DNA of 64,000 nucleotides from Octopus sinensis (GCF_006345805.1 NC_043000.1:141174001-141238000); one strand, 5' to 3'; positions 11,906-26,348 are shown, counted from the first letter of the stretch. The notes: a model not told the origin generated them from the letters alone. A program made the numbers and translations.

Positions 11906-14900
11906 AACAGTCATAGCTGGAATGCCTACAAGCACAGATCTGTTTGATCAAGATTAGCTGGGATTAAACGAATAGCATAAATACGGATGATGGTAGATCT
12001 ACAAAATTATTAGAGCTTCAAACAAAATATTTTGTGTTATTTTTCCAGTTTGTTCTTTATATCCTGGGTTCAAATTATACTGAGTCCAGCTTTTGTCTTT
12101 CATCCTTTTGTGGCTGATGAAATATTAAAAACAGTCAGTTACTGGGTTTGACAAAATCAGCTGTATTCCCCCCCCCCAAAAAAAAAAATTTGATGTCTTG
12201 TGTATATGTAAGAAATCAAAAATGTAAGTACTATGAATTAATCCAGTCAACTCCACCTTGAACGGTTCCAAAATCTGGCCTTGTGCCTTGTCAAAAATAA
12301 TCAATATTCAACATTGATTTAATCCTGTTTTTTTTATATTACGTTTTGGCTTATTTTTTCAAAATTTCTATTCGGATATTTTTTAAAATCAATCATCACA
12401 ACTTATTCTAAAGAAAAATAAATCTATGAATAAATTTTGGATTTAGGTAAAAATAAATAAACACATAAAATGTTATTTCCTTTTGTATTAAATCTAATAT
12501 TTATTTATTTATTTGTTAACTTTGTTGATGTATTTATTATTGATATATTTATTAACTTCATTCGTATATTTTTGTCGGCATCTAACTTTTTGTGAATATT
12601 TGTCGAAAATGTCAAATTATTAGACCTTAAAAGTAAGTAAAAACAAACTTAGTTGTTTTTATTACCAATTTGTCTCTGTCCCTGTCTCTGTCTATCTCTT
12701 TCTCTGTTTCTCTTTGTGTCTGTGTGCCCCCCTCTCTCTCTCTCTCTCTCACTCTCATACATATTCACGTTCTTCCTCTCTCTTTCCATCTCTAATCTGT
12801 TATACTCTCTTAGGAAAACCACAAGATGGACAACAGGTTAGAATTGTCCCATCAGTTTTATATATATTAAGAATTTCCATCTATAATTGTTGTTTGGAAT
12901 CATTTTCCTCCAGTGAGATTAAACCAGATGTCTGTCAAAACAAAATGGACATCATAAATATGTCAAAACACTTTGTTTAAAAACAGTATTCTTTCTTTTA
13001 TTTATTTTATTTATTTATTTATTTATTTGTTCTGGTTCCTTTTCATCCTTATTTCATTTCTTCTATTTTCCTTCCTTCCATCATCATTCATTTCTGCCTT
13101 CCTTTTTGTTTGTTTTCAAGTTTGTGTGAATTTTCTCCCTGTGTGAATCTGTATATGTGTGTATATGCATTTGCATATGTACAAGTATGTGTGTGTGTGA
13201 AAGGGGGATAGGTGGAGGGCCTCTGATTGGAGTAGATGTTTTACTCTAATAAACGCTTAATTATGTTTTTCAAAATCAATGAACAGTAATTGAATATTAA
13301 TTCTTCTCTTGTTATACACCTATAACTCATCTATTCTACACTTTTCTTCATCTCTTCTATCGCTCTTATCTCCTTTTCTCCTTTTTTCTTTCTCTTCTTT
13401 CACTCTCTTTCCCATCCTCCACTCACTTTCACTTTTAGTCGATTTTCTTCTTTTATCTCCCATTTACTTTCGCTTTCATTCTGTCTCATTCTTCCTAATT
13501 CCTTCTTTCCTGTGTTTTTCACTTTTTCTTTCCCTCCCTATTTTGCCCGTCTCTCATATTATTCCTTATTCTCTTCTCCCTTTCTCTCCTACTCTCTCTA
13601 TCATTAATCCCTTTCATCTTCCTTTTCTCTTGTTTTTTCACTCCATCTCTACCCCTGCATCTTTCTAATTCTTCATTGCTCTCAGTCTTCTCCTTTCACT
13701 CCCAACTTTTCTCTCCTACTCCTTCAATATATTTCTCTCTCTCACACACACACTCTCTCATTCTCTCTCTCACACACACACACACTCTCTCATTCTCTCT
13801 CTCTCTCTTTGTTTACCAAACACTATCTGATTAGTATTCTTCTGAAAGAATAATAGAATGATAACTCGGGAGAGTGAGAAAGAACGTTGAAGTGAGAGAG
13901 AGAGAGAGAGAAGGAGGAGAGAAAGGGAGAGATTCATAATGAGAGAAGAAGAAAGGAAGAGAAAGCTTAAGTAAAGACCACTTAGTTGATTATGGCTGAT
14001 TATACAAAAGGATCAATAAATAATGGCTGTTTTGAAACCTCTTCAATTAAATATCAATTTAAATTTAAATTACAAAAAAAAATAATAATAAAACACACAC
14101 ATATATATACACAAACAAAACTATTGCAAAATAACAGAAAGCAATAATAACAACTGTGAAATCATACAACATAAATCTTCACTGCAATAAAATAAAATTA
14201 TGCTATGCAAATATGTTTAAAATTATTATTTGCTTGTTGTTATTATTGTTGTTGTTGCTATAAATTTTATTGTACTTGTGTTTTGTTGCTTTAATATTTT
14301 GATTTATTTTTGTTCAATTATAACTCTAAAAGATAGAAAATGTAATCCGCTATAGAAATCAATTGACTAACAATCACGTCTAATGATAATCTTTTAAAAA
14401 ATCTGAACACAAGGAGTTTCATTCTGCAAGAAATAGCAGCTAAATATTCTTGTTTATCCCCCCAGTATTTTAGAAGATAAAGGCAAATGATATTAATTTT
14501 GTTGATACAGTATGACTGGAAGTTATATAGTATGACTGAGGAATTTCAACCGTGTCTTGTGGTCTGCTATCACAACTGCTCTTTTATAGGATCCAGTTAG
14601 CCCAAGACATCATCAGGAGGAACCACGTCCAGTTTTGGCCCCTATTCCTTTACCGTTTTGACGTGCCCCCCCCCTTTTGGAGGTGTCTTCAGCCCTGGTG
14701 TTGGGTGATTGTCTTCTTTCTCCTTTCTTCTGTTCCCTGGCCTCTTTGATGTAGCATCAACGAGTGTCAGCAAGTGATTGACTGTCTTGTCAAATTTCCC
14801 TTTAAATACCTGCTGCTAGGCTCCTGCAGGCAGCCCAAGCAATTTGTCATGTGACACTGTCTCAACTTTAACTGACCATTGAAGGCACATAGGTTTTAGC

Positions 14901-15439
14901 CCATGCATTCTCTAAACAGCCGTCACCTGTCAATCAGCAAAGCTATTTCTGTGTCAGCTTGTCTCACCTTGTGCTGTTATTTTCCGCCGGCATGTTATGA
15001 CTTTCAAGCCATTTTTGGTCTTCCCACTTCAGCCATAAATAGAAGTCATGACTGAGGTGCTTTTCATCATAGGTCTGCTTGATCAGAAGATGAACTGGGA
15101 TTAAACAACAAGAGCAACAACAGAAACATCAGCAAAGCTACAATTTAAAAGTGTGTTGTCATATGGATTTCTAACATAGGTACAAGACCTTACACTTAAA
15201 GGATAAATGTGATTGAGTATATTACTTCTAGTACTTGAGTCGTCCTTCATTTTAACAGCATCGAAGGATGAAGAACAAAATTGATTATGATAGGACCTGA
15301 CCTTAGAATATAAATCACATTTCAGTTTTATCTCCTGATGAAATGATTTATTCATCACATTTAAATCAATTAATTATGTACTTTTATATATGATGTAATT
15401 ATATGAATGAGAAGTTTTGTGTTTACACCATTGAAACAG

Positions 15440-15527
15440 TTGTAGAGCTGAATGAATTTACAAAGACATCTGAGGAATCTTTGCTTTTCATTTTTACTGT
15501 TCTACATAAAACTGTAAAAGATCATGC
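15440..15527 (+). CDS. Candidate exon of a plus-strand host gene (xVELNEFTKTSEESLLFIFTVLHKTVKDH)
   Basis: aaacag| open phase-1 frame of 28 codons |gtaaat; part of a colinear series of candidate exons. Confidence 0.3.
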
Positions 15528-16014
15528 GTAAATATTGCACAACATTTTGTCTAAAACTCTAACATTTCTACCAACTACCCGTCATGAAAGTACAATTTTC
15601 ATGTTGAAGATTATGATTGCAAATTCAGCAAAAGTGAAAGCAAAAATTCTTGCAGTATTTTAGTTTCATGCTATTATAAACCAGCAGGTCTTCAAATCCT
15701 GTTGGTTGTTTAGTTTTATCTTTCATCATTCCTATAAATAAATATCAATTCATATAAATGAAATCAGTACCATTTGTTGGTTATCCCCAAATAAATTCAT
15801 GATGGAATCTATTCCATTTATGACAACCCTATCTTGAATTATTTTCCCTGATAGTGTTTCCAAGAATACATTTTCCAATATATGTTGATTTTTGTTTTCT
15901 TTAAAGATGATAATGTATGATTGGAAGGTGAGAGAGATTCGGCTTTTCTTTTTTTTTTTTTTTAGCAGGCAGAACAATCATTGGAAGTTCCCCAGCAATA
16001 ATAAGCAATACTGC

Positions 16015-16038
16015 AACAGCAGCAGCAGTAGTAGTAGC

Positions 16039-16090
<52 letters not shown>
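16015..16090. repeat. (AGC)n/(AGT)n microsatellite
   Basis: Direct reading. Confidence 0.95.
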
Positions 16091-16091
<1 letters not shown>

Positions 16092-16437
16092 GGTTGCAAA
16101 TTAACAGAGCTGTTAGAACAGTGCAGCTCTTTTGTTCTGGCTTTTTCAGTGCCATAACCTGGAGTCCCATGAGAATAAACTATGGCTTTCATCCTTTCAA
16201 GTCTATAAATAAAATAACAGTTTTGAGTAGTGGATTGGTGGAATTATTAAGCCATAAGACAAGGTGCTTTGTAAAATACAATCTAGCCTTTTGCATTCTG
16301 ACAGCCACATCTACCAAGACACTGGCACCAAGCTGTATCAACCGTGCATTTCATTTTGACAAAATCTATGGCATGGAGAAAGGAGACTAGCATGCATAGA
16401 CAACTGCTAGTTGTCATCAGCATAATGCTTTTCTACT

Positions 16438-16628
16438 GTAGGTACAAGGGCCGAAATTTCGGCGGAGGAAGCCAGTCGATTAGATCAACTTCAGTACATA
16501 ACTGGTACTTAATTTATCGACCCTGAAAGGATGAAAGGCAAAGCTGACCTTGACGGTATTTGAACTCAGAACATAATGGCAGACGAAATACATCTAAGCA
16601 TTTCGCCTGGCGTGCTAACGTTTCTGCC
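16438..16628 (-). mobile_element. SINE family B
   Basis: Reverse complement of the family B head and body. Confidence 0.8.
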
Positions 16629-18914
16629 AGCTCATCCATGCTATCATGAGTCAGATTCTAGTTGCCAACTCTCATGTTTTTATGAAGGATTGGAAATGTA
16701 GGACACTGCTTGTATGATGGTGACTCTCATTTACAACTGCAGAAACACGTCTGCATAAATACACATGTAAACACACATTCATGCATACACATACATACAC
16801 ACAAATATTTATCATGGGATTCTTTCAGTTTCTATAAATCAAACCCATTCACAAAGCTTTGGTCTGTTTTGGGCTATAGTAAAAGATACTTACCCAAAGT
16901 GGTCTACAGTGGGATTTCAAGTGGTTTGGAAGCAAACTTCTTAATCATACAACCATGACTGTACCTCTGACATTGCTAGTCTTCTATAAAAAGAAACAGT
17001 TAAACGTTGTGTAGGTATACTTTGGTGAGGAACATTACAAGTGCAGAATTTTGAGCTTATGCACCAAATGGAGGCCCCAAAATAGTAGTAGCAGAGAGGT
17101 GGTTGGCCAAAATCATGAAATCATAGAATAAAACAGCTTATAGTATTTACGTCTCTTTACATTCTAAGTTCAAGCCTTTCTGAAGTCAAAATATTTCATC
17201 CACCCTGTTTCAATGCAATAATTACTGATGATGCACTAATTTGATTTAAACTAGTACTCTCTTTATGTGTGAAGGCATAAGGCCTAATCAACATGGTTTT
17301 GGGGTTATGATCATAAAGTTGTAGGTTTAATTCCTGAAGTGGGAAGTGCATTGTTCTTGAGCAAGGCACTTCATTTATCATGTTCTAGTCTACTCTGCCA
17401 AATACATGAATACTAACCGAGTACTGATGCAGACTGCTCTACTTCTAGCAGTTACATCCTTGTTGGAAAAGACAAGGGTGTGCCTATATCTTCTCATGCT
17501 ACATTGTCACCTAAAATACAGTTAGTGCATGCATGGTACATGCATCGAATATATTTGCGAGTGACTGCTTTAGTTTTGTAGATTTTGCCCTTTTATGTAG
17601 AAACATTACTAGGAAGCATTATTCTTATCTATAACAGACTAAGAAATGACCTAGAGGTTGACAATACTTGTTAGATCCAAAGATAATTTTTGAGTTTGAG
17701 CCATCTACATTTGTTGTATCAAGCTAATGTGGTATTTTACACATAGTCTTTCAGCCTGCTTGAAATAACATTCAAATCTCCCTAATATTATAGTCTACCA
17801 ACTTTGAGAAAAGGGATATATTAGGAAATGAATTTTTAATACACTGTATGTGAAAAAAGCTGAGATGGTCATCAATGGGATACCTCTAATCATAGAGCTG
17901 ATGGATCAAGTGTTATATGAGACTAAATAATGATTTCTTTATTTTTAATATCATATATATTAGTGATGAGTCTGTTTCATTGAGAACTAAATGAATCAAT
18001 GATGTAGTCTATTGCCCTGCTAGATATAACAACCACATCTTCCTCAGATCATACCTTATCTTCTGTAAAAAGAAGAACCTGTTGGATAATATAGCCTTGG
18101 GTTCATTGTACCAAGAAAAAAAGAGTGAGAAAGCCTTCATATGGTCAGTCAACCAGCTGTGAAATCTCATCAAATTTCAGCCTACGTTCTAAGCAAAGAA
18201 GGGAATATTAGATTTATATTGGGTTCATTGTGCATAGGAAAAAGACTTGAGTGGCCATGGCTGGAATACTATCACAAGTCCATTCATCCAAGGTTGATCA
18301 GGTTCTAAACAAGTACAGCACCAGTAAAATGAGATATGGTTAAGGCTAGAATAGCTTCTGTCATAAGATTCCTTCATCAGAGTTGGCCTAGGGCTAAACA
18401 GCAACAGAGGCGGAGAATTAGTAAATACGGAAAACAGCAAATAAACTATTATATAATAGAAGTATAGCGTCTGCTTCATCTGTAAACTCGGATCATCTGA
18501 GATTCAGATTTTGTTGCTAAAGTGTCAGTGTTGAACACCTTCAAGTCCATGCTTGATAGAACTTGGCAAGGCTTGCAGGTTCACCATATATATACCTACA
18601 CTTCCCCTCTCTGCACAAAACACAGTAAATTGAATTATAAATTTGATAGTCAAGACCATTAAACTAGCTTCTGGCGAAAGCCAAAATTTCTTCACCGGAT
18701 GTTGTATTATATTTGTGTTATTATATTATTATGGAAAACATTTCTTCTTAGTTCTGTTGGAAGGATTCCAGTTGATAGGATGGGTTCCACATTCATAGAC
18801 TTTGCTATAGTTACGAAACACCGGCTACACCTTCTTCCTTCCCCTCCATCTCGTCTCATACAGTGTATAGATGTCAAATTTAATAGAAAATGATTGCTTA
18901 AGACACTGATATTA

Positions 18915-19033
18915 ACAATGATGATGATGATGATGATGATTATGGTTCCAGCAATGGTAATGATTATGGTGGCGATGGTTATTGTTGTGGTGGTGGTGGT
19001 AGTGGTACTGGTAATGAGGATGGCATTTATTGT

Positions 19034-19066
<33 letters not shown>

Positions 19067-19255
19067 CAGCAGCAGTGATAAGTAATATAATGATTGTAAT
19101 GATATTGATGAGGATGATGAAAATGAGCTGCTTGTGTTAGCATTGACAACGACTGTGATGGTGAGGAAGAAGATAAGGTAAGTGGTGGTGCTTATGATAT
19201 CCTTGACGTGGGGTGGGGAGGGGTGGAGTGTTAGGTGTAGAAGTAATGAGGTCTG

Positions 19256-19296
<41 letters not shown>

Positions 19297-19935
19297 ATGA
19301 TGTCGGGGGAAATGGTTAGGAATAAACAACAGACAACATCGTCAACAACAATCATAACAAACGATGATATAGTTGTGCAGGGAGCGAGATGATGTAGCTG
19401 ATGATGATGATGATGATGATGCTAATAAAGAGAAAAAAGGAAGGAGGAGGAGGAGGGAAAGGAGAAAGAGGAGGAAGAGTAGGAGGGCAAAGTTTTGCTC
19501 CTATTGGGAGTGTTGGCATTTGTGAATCAGGATGATGATGGAGAATATATAACGGCAGTAATTAGTAGACTTGTTGGTACTGAAAGTAGTGTTGGTGTTA
19601 TTTGGGTGGATAATGATAGTGGGGCTGCCAAGAGAATTATCAACAAGAACTGCAACAAGAACAGCAAAAAACAACAACAACAACAACAACAACAACAGCA
19701 ACAACAATGATAATTGTGTTTGTGTCACTGTGGCTACTACTGCTTTTACTGTTGCAAATGATCATGATCATGATCATCATCATCATTGTAAGCAGTGGTT
19801 GGACTTCAAAAATATTGATACTGATTTCAATATTCATGATGGTGATGTTGAGGCTGCTTCTGCTTTTGTTGTTCTAGATGCTGCTGCTGCTTCTGTTGTT
19901 CTTCTTCTTGGTGATGATGTTGATAATGATGATGT

Positions 19936-19984
<49 letters not shown>

Positions 19985-20035
19985 AATGATGACGACGACG
20001 ATGATGATGGTGATAATGATGGTGATGATGAAAAT
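18915..20035. repeat. Compound trinucleotide cluster (GAT, GGT, AGT, AAC, GAG)
   Basis: Multiple adjoining triplet tracts; the ORFs here are homopolymeric artefacts. Confidence 0.9.
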
Positions 20036-20092
20036 GTCTTTCTTGCTCTATAGATTGCCAAAGTTATTCTCTTCAGACTTTCCTTAACTTTA

Positions 20093-20302
20093 TACTCATT
20101 TACTTGTTTCAGTCATTTGACTGTGGCCATGCTGGAGCACTGCCCTTAGTCAAGCAAATTGACCCCAGGATTTATTCTTTGTAAGCTTAGTACTTATTCT
20201 ATCGGTGTCTTTTTGCCGAACTGCTAAGTTACGGGGACGTAAACACACCAGCATCAGTTGTCAAGCGATGTTGGGGGGACAAACACAGACACACAAACAT
20301 AT

Positions 20303-20353
<51 letters not shown>

Positions 20354-20470
20354 ACAGGCTTCTTTCAGTTTCCGTCTACCAAAGACACATAAACATATAC
20401 ACACACACATACATATATATATACATATACATACACAGATACACGAACATGTACACACACATACATATAA

Positions 20471-20501
<31 letters not shown>

Positions 20502-20659
20502 CGACGGGCTTCTTTCAGTTCCCGTCTACCAAATCCACTCACAAAGCCTTGGTCAGCCCGAGGCTATAGTAGAAGACACTTGCCCAAGGTGCCGCACAGT
20601 GGGACTGAACCCGGAACCATGTGGTTCGTAAGCAAACTACTTACCACACAGCCACTCCT
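20093..20659 (-). mobile_element. SINE family A with an internal tandem duplication
   Basis: The segment cgacaggcttctttcagtttccgtctaccaaa plus the preceding CA/TA tract occurs twice (about 20352 and 20502). Confidence 0.85.
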
Positions 20660-20926
20660 AAGTAAATAAATCTGGAGTAAGAAGAACTAGAAAGAGATAG
20701 AAAGAAGAATCAGTTAATGCAAAGATTGTGATACCAGTAATTAGTGTGTGGTGAATTTACTACTGGTGTGACAATAAGTATGATATATGATAGTCACAGG
20801 GGAGCTGAGTTGACGAGTTTGATATGAATGATTGCCATGACAATTGAAAAATCTAATACTTGTGATCGTTGCTGTTTATTTGAAGAAACTGAAAGTGAAA
20901 GTAATGTTGTTTCTTTAGTTGTCGAC

Positions 20927-21317
20927 AGGAGTGGATGTGTGGTAAGTAGCTTGCTTACCAACCACATGGTTCCGGGTTCAGTCCCACTGCGTGGCATCTT
21001 GGGCAAGTGTCTTCTACTATAGCCTCGGGCCAACCAATGCCTTGTGAGTGGATTTGGTAGACGGAAACTGAAAGAAGCCTGTCGTATATATGTATGTATA
21101 TATATATGTGTGTGTGTCTGTGTTTGTCCCCCTAGCATTGCTTGACAACCGATGCTGGTGTGTTTACGTCCCCGTCACTTAGCGGTTCAGCAAAAGAGAC
21201 CGATAGAATAAGTACTGGGCTTACAAAGAATAAGTCCCGGGGTCGATTTGCTCGACTAAAGGCGGTGCTCCAGCATGGCCGCAGTCAAATGACTGAAACA
21301 AGTAAAAGAGTAAAGAG
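20927..21317 (+). mobile_element. SINE family A
   Basis: Near-identical to 9230-9644. Confidence 0.85.
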
Positions 21318-21578
21318 TAAGTGGGGAATCAATTGATGTGAAGGAATGCTGTAGGCTTTGATGATGTGAGTGACAGGAGAAGACTGAGAGAGTGAGAGAG
21401 AGAGAGAGGGGGGAGAGAGAAAGAAAGAAAGAGAGAGAGGGAGGAAGGGAAAGTTAACAAGGGAGTGAGAAATGGTGTGGAATTAAGATAAATAAAAAGG
21501 CAGCTAAAAAATGGGGTGTCCTCTGGTGGTTACTTACTGCGAGAGAAATAAGATGATACATGGAATATATATATATAT

Positions 21579-21974
21579 TCTTTTACTCTTTTACTTGTTT
21601 CAGTCATTTGACTGTGGCCATGCTGGAGCACTGCCTTTAGTCAAGCAAATCGACCCCAGGACTTATTCTTTGTAAGCCTAGTATTTATTCTATAGGTCTC
21701 TTTTTGCCAAACCGCTATGTTACAGGGACGTAAACACACCAGTATCGGTTGTCAAGTGATGTTGGGTGGGGGACAAACACAGACACACAAACATATACAC
21801 ACACATACAAATATATTTATATATACATATATAGGACGGGCTTCTTTCAGTTTCCGTCTAACAAATCCACTCACAAGGCTTTGGTTAGCCCGAGGCTATA
21901 GTAGAAGACACTTGCCCAAGGTACACCATGTGGTTGGTAAGCTAGCTACTTACTACACAGCCACTTCTGCGCCT
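21579..21974 (-). mobile_element. SINE family A
   Basis: Reverse complement of family A, from the tail to gcgcct. Confidence 0.85.
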
Positions 21975-22427
21975 ATATATAATCAATTGTGATTTTTATT
22001 GTGTTTTTGTGTTTCTCTACATATTGGGAATATCTTAAAATTTTCAGTCTTTGGTAATCATGTATAGAGCCATTCATTCTTATTGGAAATTATCAGCTCC
22101 AGCGAGGAAAAATAGAAGGAACCAGACAGAAGGAGAAGATAATGTTCATGTGGTTAAGGAAAGAAAATGGAGAGCAACAAAAGTAGGATATAAAGACTAG
22201 CATATCCAGAAAGCTATTTCAAAGTATTTAAGTAAAAGGCAGATATAAATTCCTTCATTTACAATCATTTGTTGTCATCTCAAGAGTAAAATGGGTAAGG
22301 TCAGAATGTGTTTGTGAATGTGACACCAAATGAAATAAGATGGAAGAAGCTAAGAACTGAATAGGGAAGTGAGAGCAGTAGCTGAACCAAGAGCTATAGG
22401 TAGGAGGATATCCATAAATATTCTTAA

Positions 22428-22810
22428 CTAGCAGTATCACCCGGCGTTGCTCGGGTTTGTTTCGACCCTTTAGAATTGCAATTTTTGAAAAGTAAAGATT
22501 TTGCATTATGTAGCTTTAAGTGAACATTTTTCTGGTTGAAATACACCGAAAAATGGTGACACAGCAGTCAAAAAATCGTAAAAAATAGGGATTTTCATAG
22601 AAAAAAAGCACCATTTTTGATGTAAATAATTTTTGGTGTTAATATGGTCCGATTTGAATATTTTCTTCTACGGAAGGAAGAACAAGCTTTCTTCTATCAT
22701 ACCCTCAATTTTGGTCAACTTGCACAGCAGGGTCTCAGAGGAGATAGTGTTAGTTGAAGGCTACCAAACCTGCCATACACAGACAACTTCAGCTTTATAT
22801 ACAGAGAGAT
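22428..22810 (+). mobile_element. Non-autonomous Helitron/Helentron-like element
   Basis: Begins actagcagtatcacccggcgttgctcgggt (cccg..cggg hairpin) and ends ..acagacaac..ctttatatacagagagat, a layout typical of Lep1/HINE-like elements. Confidence 0.5.
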
Positions 22811-23349
22811 TTAGAATGTTTGGAAGGTAGGCTTAAAGCATTAAACAATCACTCTAAGAGGTATTCAGTTAAAAGTACACAAACATATATGTCTGGAGAT
22901 ACACATACAGACTTGTATATAGGAGTTTATGTACACATGAAATGTTTTTACGACATAGGTCTGAAATAGTTGTTACTAAAGAAGCGAAAGAGTAGAGACT
23001 TCAGAGATGAATTTGGTAAGGGCAATGGGGTGGAAGGCAGAACCATATGCTCATACTGTACAGATCAGATGTTCTAAACATGAACAAAACATATTTTCCC
23101 CTGTATGTGTGAGTGTTATTTTAACCAAATATTGGAAATCACCACTGGTTGAAAGGTAACCAATGGAATGGCTGAGTAAGATGAAGAGAATTCCTTAGGC
23201 ACTGTTACAGATATCCAAGAGATAATCAGGGACCAGTCACATAACTGTCTCATCCACACATACAAACACACACACACACATACGCACACTCTTACATGCA
23301 AGACATGCATATACATACATACATACATACATACATAAATATATATATA

Positions 23350-23530
23350 TAGATAAACCAAACATGAAAACAAAGAGAAAACACAACAATGCAAGGACGT
23401 GGAACAAGTATAGTGTTATTGGAAGCTCAAGAAAGGAAAGAAAGAAGGAGGATTTAATGCTTCAAGTGGAGCTCTTCGTCAGAAACATTGGAAAAGGAAA
23501 AATCCAAGGAAGGGAAGATGGAGGGAAATA
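23350..23530 (-). mobile_element. (TA)n-embedded PLE-type short repeat with a decayed hammerhead (23452-23486)
   Basis: Homologous to 33430-33645. Minus strand reads GTTT-CTGACGA-A-GAGC-tcc-ACTT-GAAGC-ATT-AAAT. Confidence 0.65.
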
Positions 23531-23538
23531 TATACATG

Positions 23539-23612
<74 letters not shown>

Positions 23613-24319
23613 GCTTCTCTCAGTGTCTGTCAGCCAAATCCACTCACAAAACTTTGGTCATCCTGGGGTTATAGTCGATGCCATTTGCTCACGATGGTAC
23701 ACAGGGGAACTGAAACAGATCGTATAGTTAGAAAACAAGCTTTTTGACCACACAGTCACACCTGAATGTGATCTTGGAAATAGGCAGAATGTAAACTAGA
23801 GATAGCTTGTCTTTGATAATAGAAGTAAATAGACAAAGAGATAAAGATTTATTTAATTCAACAAAACAGAAAATTAATTTGACTTTTTTGAACATCATGG
23901 CTTGTAGGTACCACAGCTTCAATAAACATACAGAAGAATCCTATTGATGATGAAGATAAGAATGATTTGTATGAGCTACTAAACTGATAAGGAAGATGAT
24001 TGTTGTTGTTATTATTATTAATACGGCTTAAGATGGTTTCAGACCTTTTCTGACTCCTCTACATATCCTCATCCAATCTCATTAACAATATCCATAGAAT
24101 TGCAAGCAATGAATGACATCCTGTGTGTGTATTTTCAGTTTGCAGCATGGACACACACCTGAGACATATTTCTTTTTACCCTTACTTTGTTGATACAGCA
24201 GAACTAATAGGACTGAGGCCCATTTATTGGAGATAGATTAGTAAACAATTGTCATGTTTTAATGCTAGGGCTTTGCTGTATGTTAGTGCTTTTTCTTAGT
24301 ATATTTTTGTATTTCTCAG

Positions 24320-24389
24320 ATGTCATCTTGCAGGCAGGTTCCAACAGCATTGGTTATATCACTGACATAACAAGAGTATATTGCTTGAG
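24320..24389 (+). CDS. Candidate exon (xVILQAGSNSIGYITDITRVYCL)
   Basis: ttttgtatttctcag| 70 nt, open in phase 1 |gtatgg; good acceptor and donor. Confidence 0.4.
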
Positions 24390-26028
24390 GTATGGCTGTC
24401 TCTCTTAGGTGGAATTTGAATTATTTATTCCACTTATACAGTGAAAACATTGACTACATATCTCCCAGTGCCAACACCAATGTCACAGCATTGGTTTTGG
24501 TTAAAACATTGTGTACAACTGTCTCTAAGCAGCTGTTAATGTATTGCAAATTGATACCAATGTGTTTATTGTGAAAATTTTCAAATATTTTCACATATAC
24601 ATAGTTTGTATAATGCAGCTAAAAGGATTCTATAACTTTACTTGAGTTGAATACAAAATGTTATTACAGCATAGTAATACTAGAGTAATACTAGCTTTTT
24701 GTCAATGCTGCTAACAGTTGAAAGCATTCTTTTTATTTCTTCTTCCTTGAAATCTTACTTTTGTTTCCATGTTCGTTGTCTCGAACTCATTAAACAATTC
24801 TTCGTAAATGATTTCGGAGAAATCCATTTATAGTTTGTTCATAGCAGAACTATTTCAACAAATTGATTCTGGTCATTGAGGAGAACATTACTAACACGGC
24901 AGGTAACAAACTAGAAATGCAAAACCTGATTACAAATATAGAACCACAAAAATACTTTGATTGAAAAATTGTACCTGTGAAAGCTTGAAGATTATGTAAA
25001 GCTCTGAAAAATATAGAAAGTGTTCAGATAAACCAAACAGTTGGAAGGTAAATAGTAAATGTGATCAGTTATTGATGAATTTTTCATAACAAAGAACTTT
25101 TGTTTGACAGCATAAAATTTAAATATGAAGAAAAGTAGCACGATTTTTTCTCCTTACAATGAAAAACATAATTTAGAAAAAAAGCCATAATTATGTAGAA
25201 GGATGTATTCTTTGTTTACTTGCTATACTGGAATGAGCTGCACATGAGGTTTCTGTTATGAGTAATCTGTAGTTAGAAGAGTTTTTATGGTAAAATTTAT
25301 ACTCAGAAGAATTTTAGTAACTGAAATAAATATCTCACAAAACTGCTTAAATATTTTGACAAAATTAACAAAGACAATGAATTTCTTAATGAGATGTTAC
25401 AAAAGGGAAAGACAATTGGCAACTGAAAATGGCAATGAACTCATGTTAAGTTTAATTTATTTTTAAACACAACTGTTCTACTTGATAATATTTTGCTTAC
25501 TTGAGCTTTCAAGCAAAGAACAGTTGCTCTGTACATCATTTGATCCCTTTTTCTTTCTCTCAGCTGCTTACTGTAAGTGATAATGATAGATCATATGTCC
25601 CACTGGCTCACATGTACCACTACATCAACACTAGTATGGAACTGCCTTCATATAAAATGAAAGCATACCCTTGAATTAGTATATTAGCAATAAAATACCT
25701 CCCAGAATCCTTGGTTTGTAGGAAGAGGAAGTTAGCTGTACCTTAACTTAATACTAACCCAAATGCTGCAATTCCTAAGATTTTGTGTGATATTCACAGT
25801 TCATGAGTTCAACTTTGAAAATTATGATAAACCTCAACGCATGTGAATTATGCTTGTGTGTGTGCATTGCTCATGCATGTGTGTTTGTGTTTGCATGTGC
25901 TTGTGCATACACATGCATGCACATATATGATTGCATAAATATGTACATTTATATCAATACTTGGTTTAATGATCTGTTTTAATGATTACAAAAATAAAAA
26001 TTTACAAGTTAATTGTGGAAAAATAAAA

Positions 26029-26348
26029 AGACTCCGCCGGTTACGACGACGAGGGTCCCAGCTGATACGATCAACGGAACAGCTTGCTCGTGATATTAAC
26101 GTGCAAATGGCTGAACATTCCACAGACACGTGTACCCTTAACGTAGTTCTCGGGGATAATCAGCGTGACACAGAGAGTGACAAGGCTGACCCTTTGAAAT
26201 ACAAGTACAACTCATTTTTGCCAGCTGAGTGGACTGGAGCAACGTGAAATAAAGTGTCTTGCTCAAGGACACAACGCGTCGCCGGGAATCGAACTCACAA
26301 CCTTACGATCATGAGCCGAGTGCCCTAACCACTAAGCCACACGCCCTC
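26029..26348 (-). mobile_element. tRNA-type SINE family C with a 16-bp TSD
   Basis: TSD attgtggaaaaataaa at 26012-26027 and 26349-26364; shares gcacgttaat...gacacgtgtacc...gtgacacagag with 41282-41805. Confidence 0.85.

Noticed and set aside
10630-11935. Poly-E/K, poly-S/I/H/T ORFs
   Set aside because: Triplet-repeat artefacts with no flanking domain or splice context.
12814-12836. 23-nt exon-like segment ctcttag|GAAAACC..CAACAG|gttaga
   Set aside because: The upstream pyrimidine tract is a CT microsatellite, the donor is mediocre, and the peptide is uninformative.
18505-18585. Exon-like FVAKVSVLNTFKSMLDRTW
   Set aside because: Better explained as the CR1-type C-terminal 'A.Sv..FK..LD..W' motif of a LINE remnant.
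19495-20087. Poly-Q/N/D ORFs
   Set aside because: Triplet-repeat artefacts.
24759-24827. Minus-strand first-exon-like MDFSEIIYEELFNEFETTNMETK|gtaag
   Set aside because: It also resembles the C-terminal end of a decayed hAT transposase, and no convincing downstream exon chain was found. The nearby DIGVGTGRY (SAM motif-like, about 24450) runs into a stop with a poor acceptor.
25563-25571. Possible 9-nt microexon ctctcag|CTGCTTACT|gtaagt
   Set aside because: Splice signals are strong but it is too short to support without RNA data, and I could not place it in phase with the next candidate.
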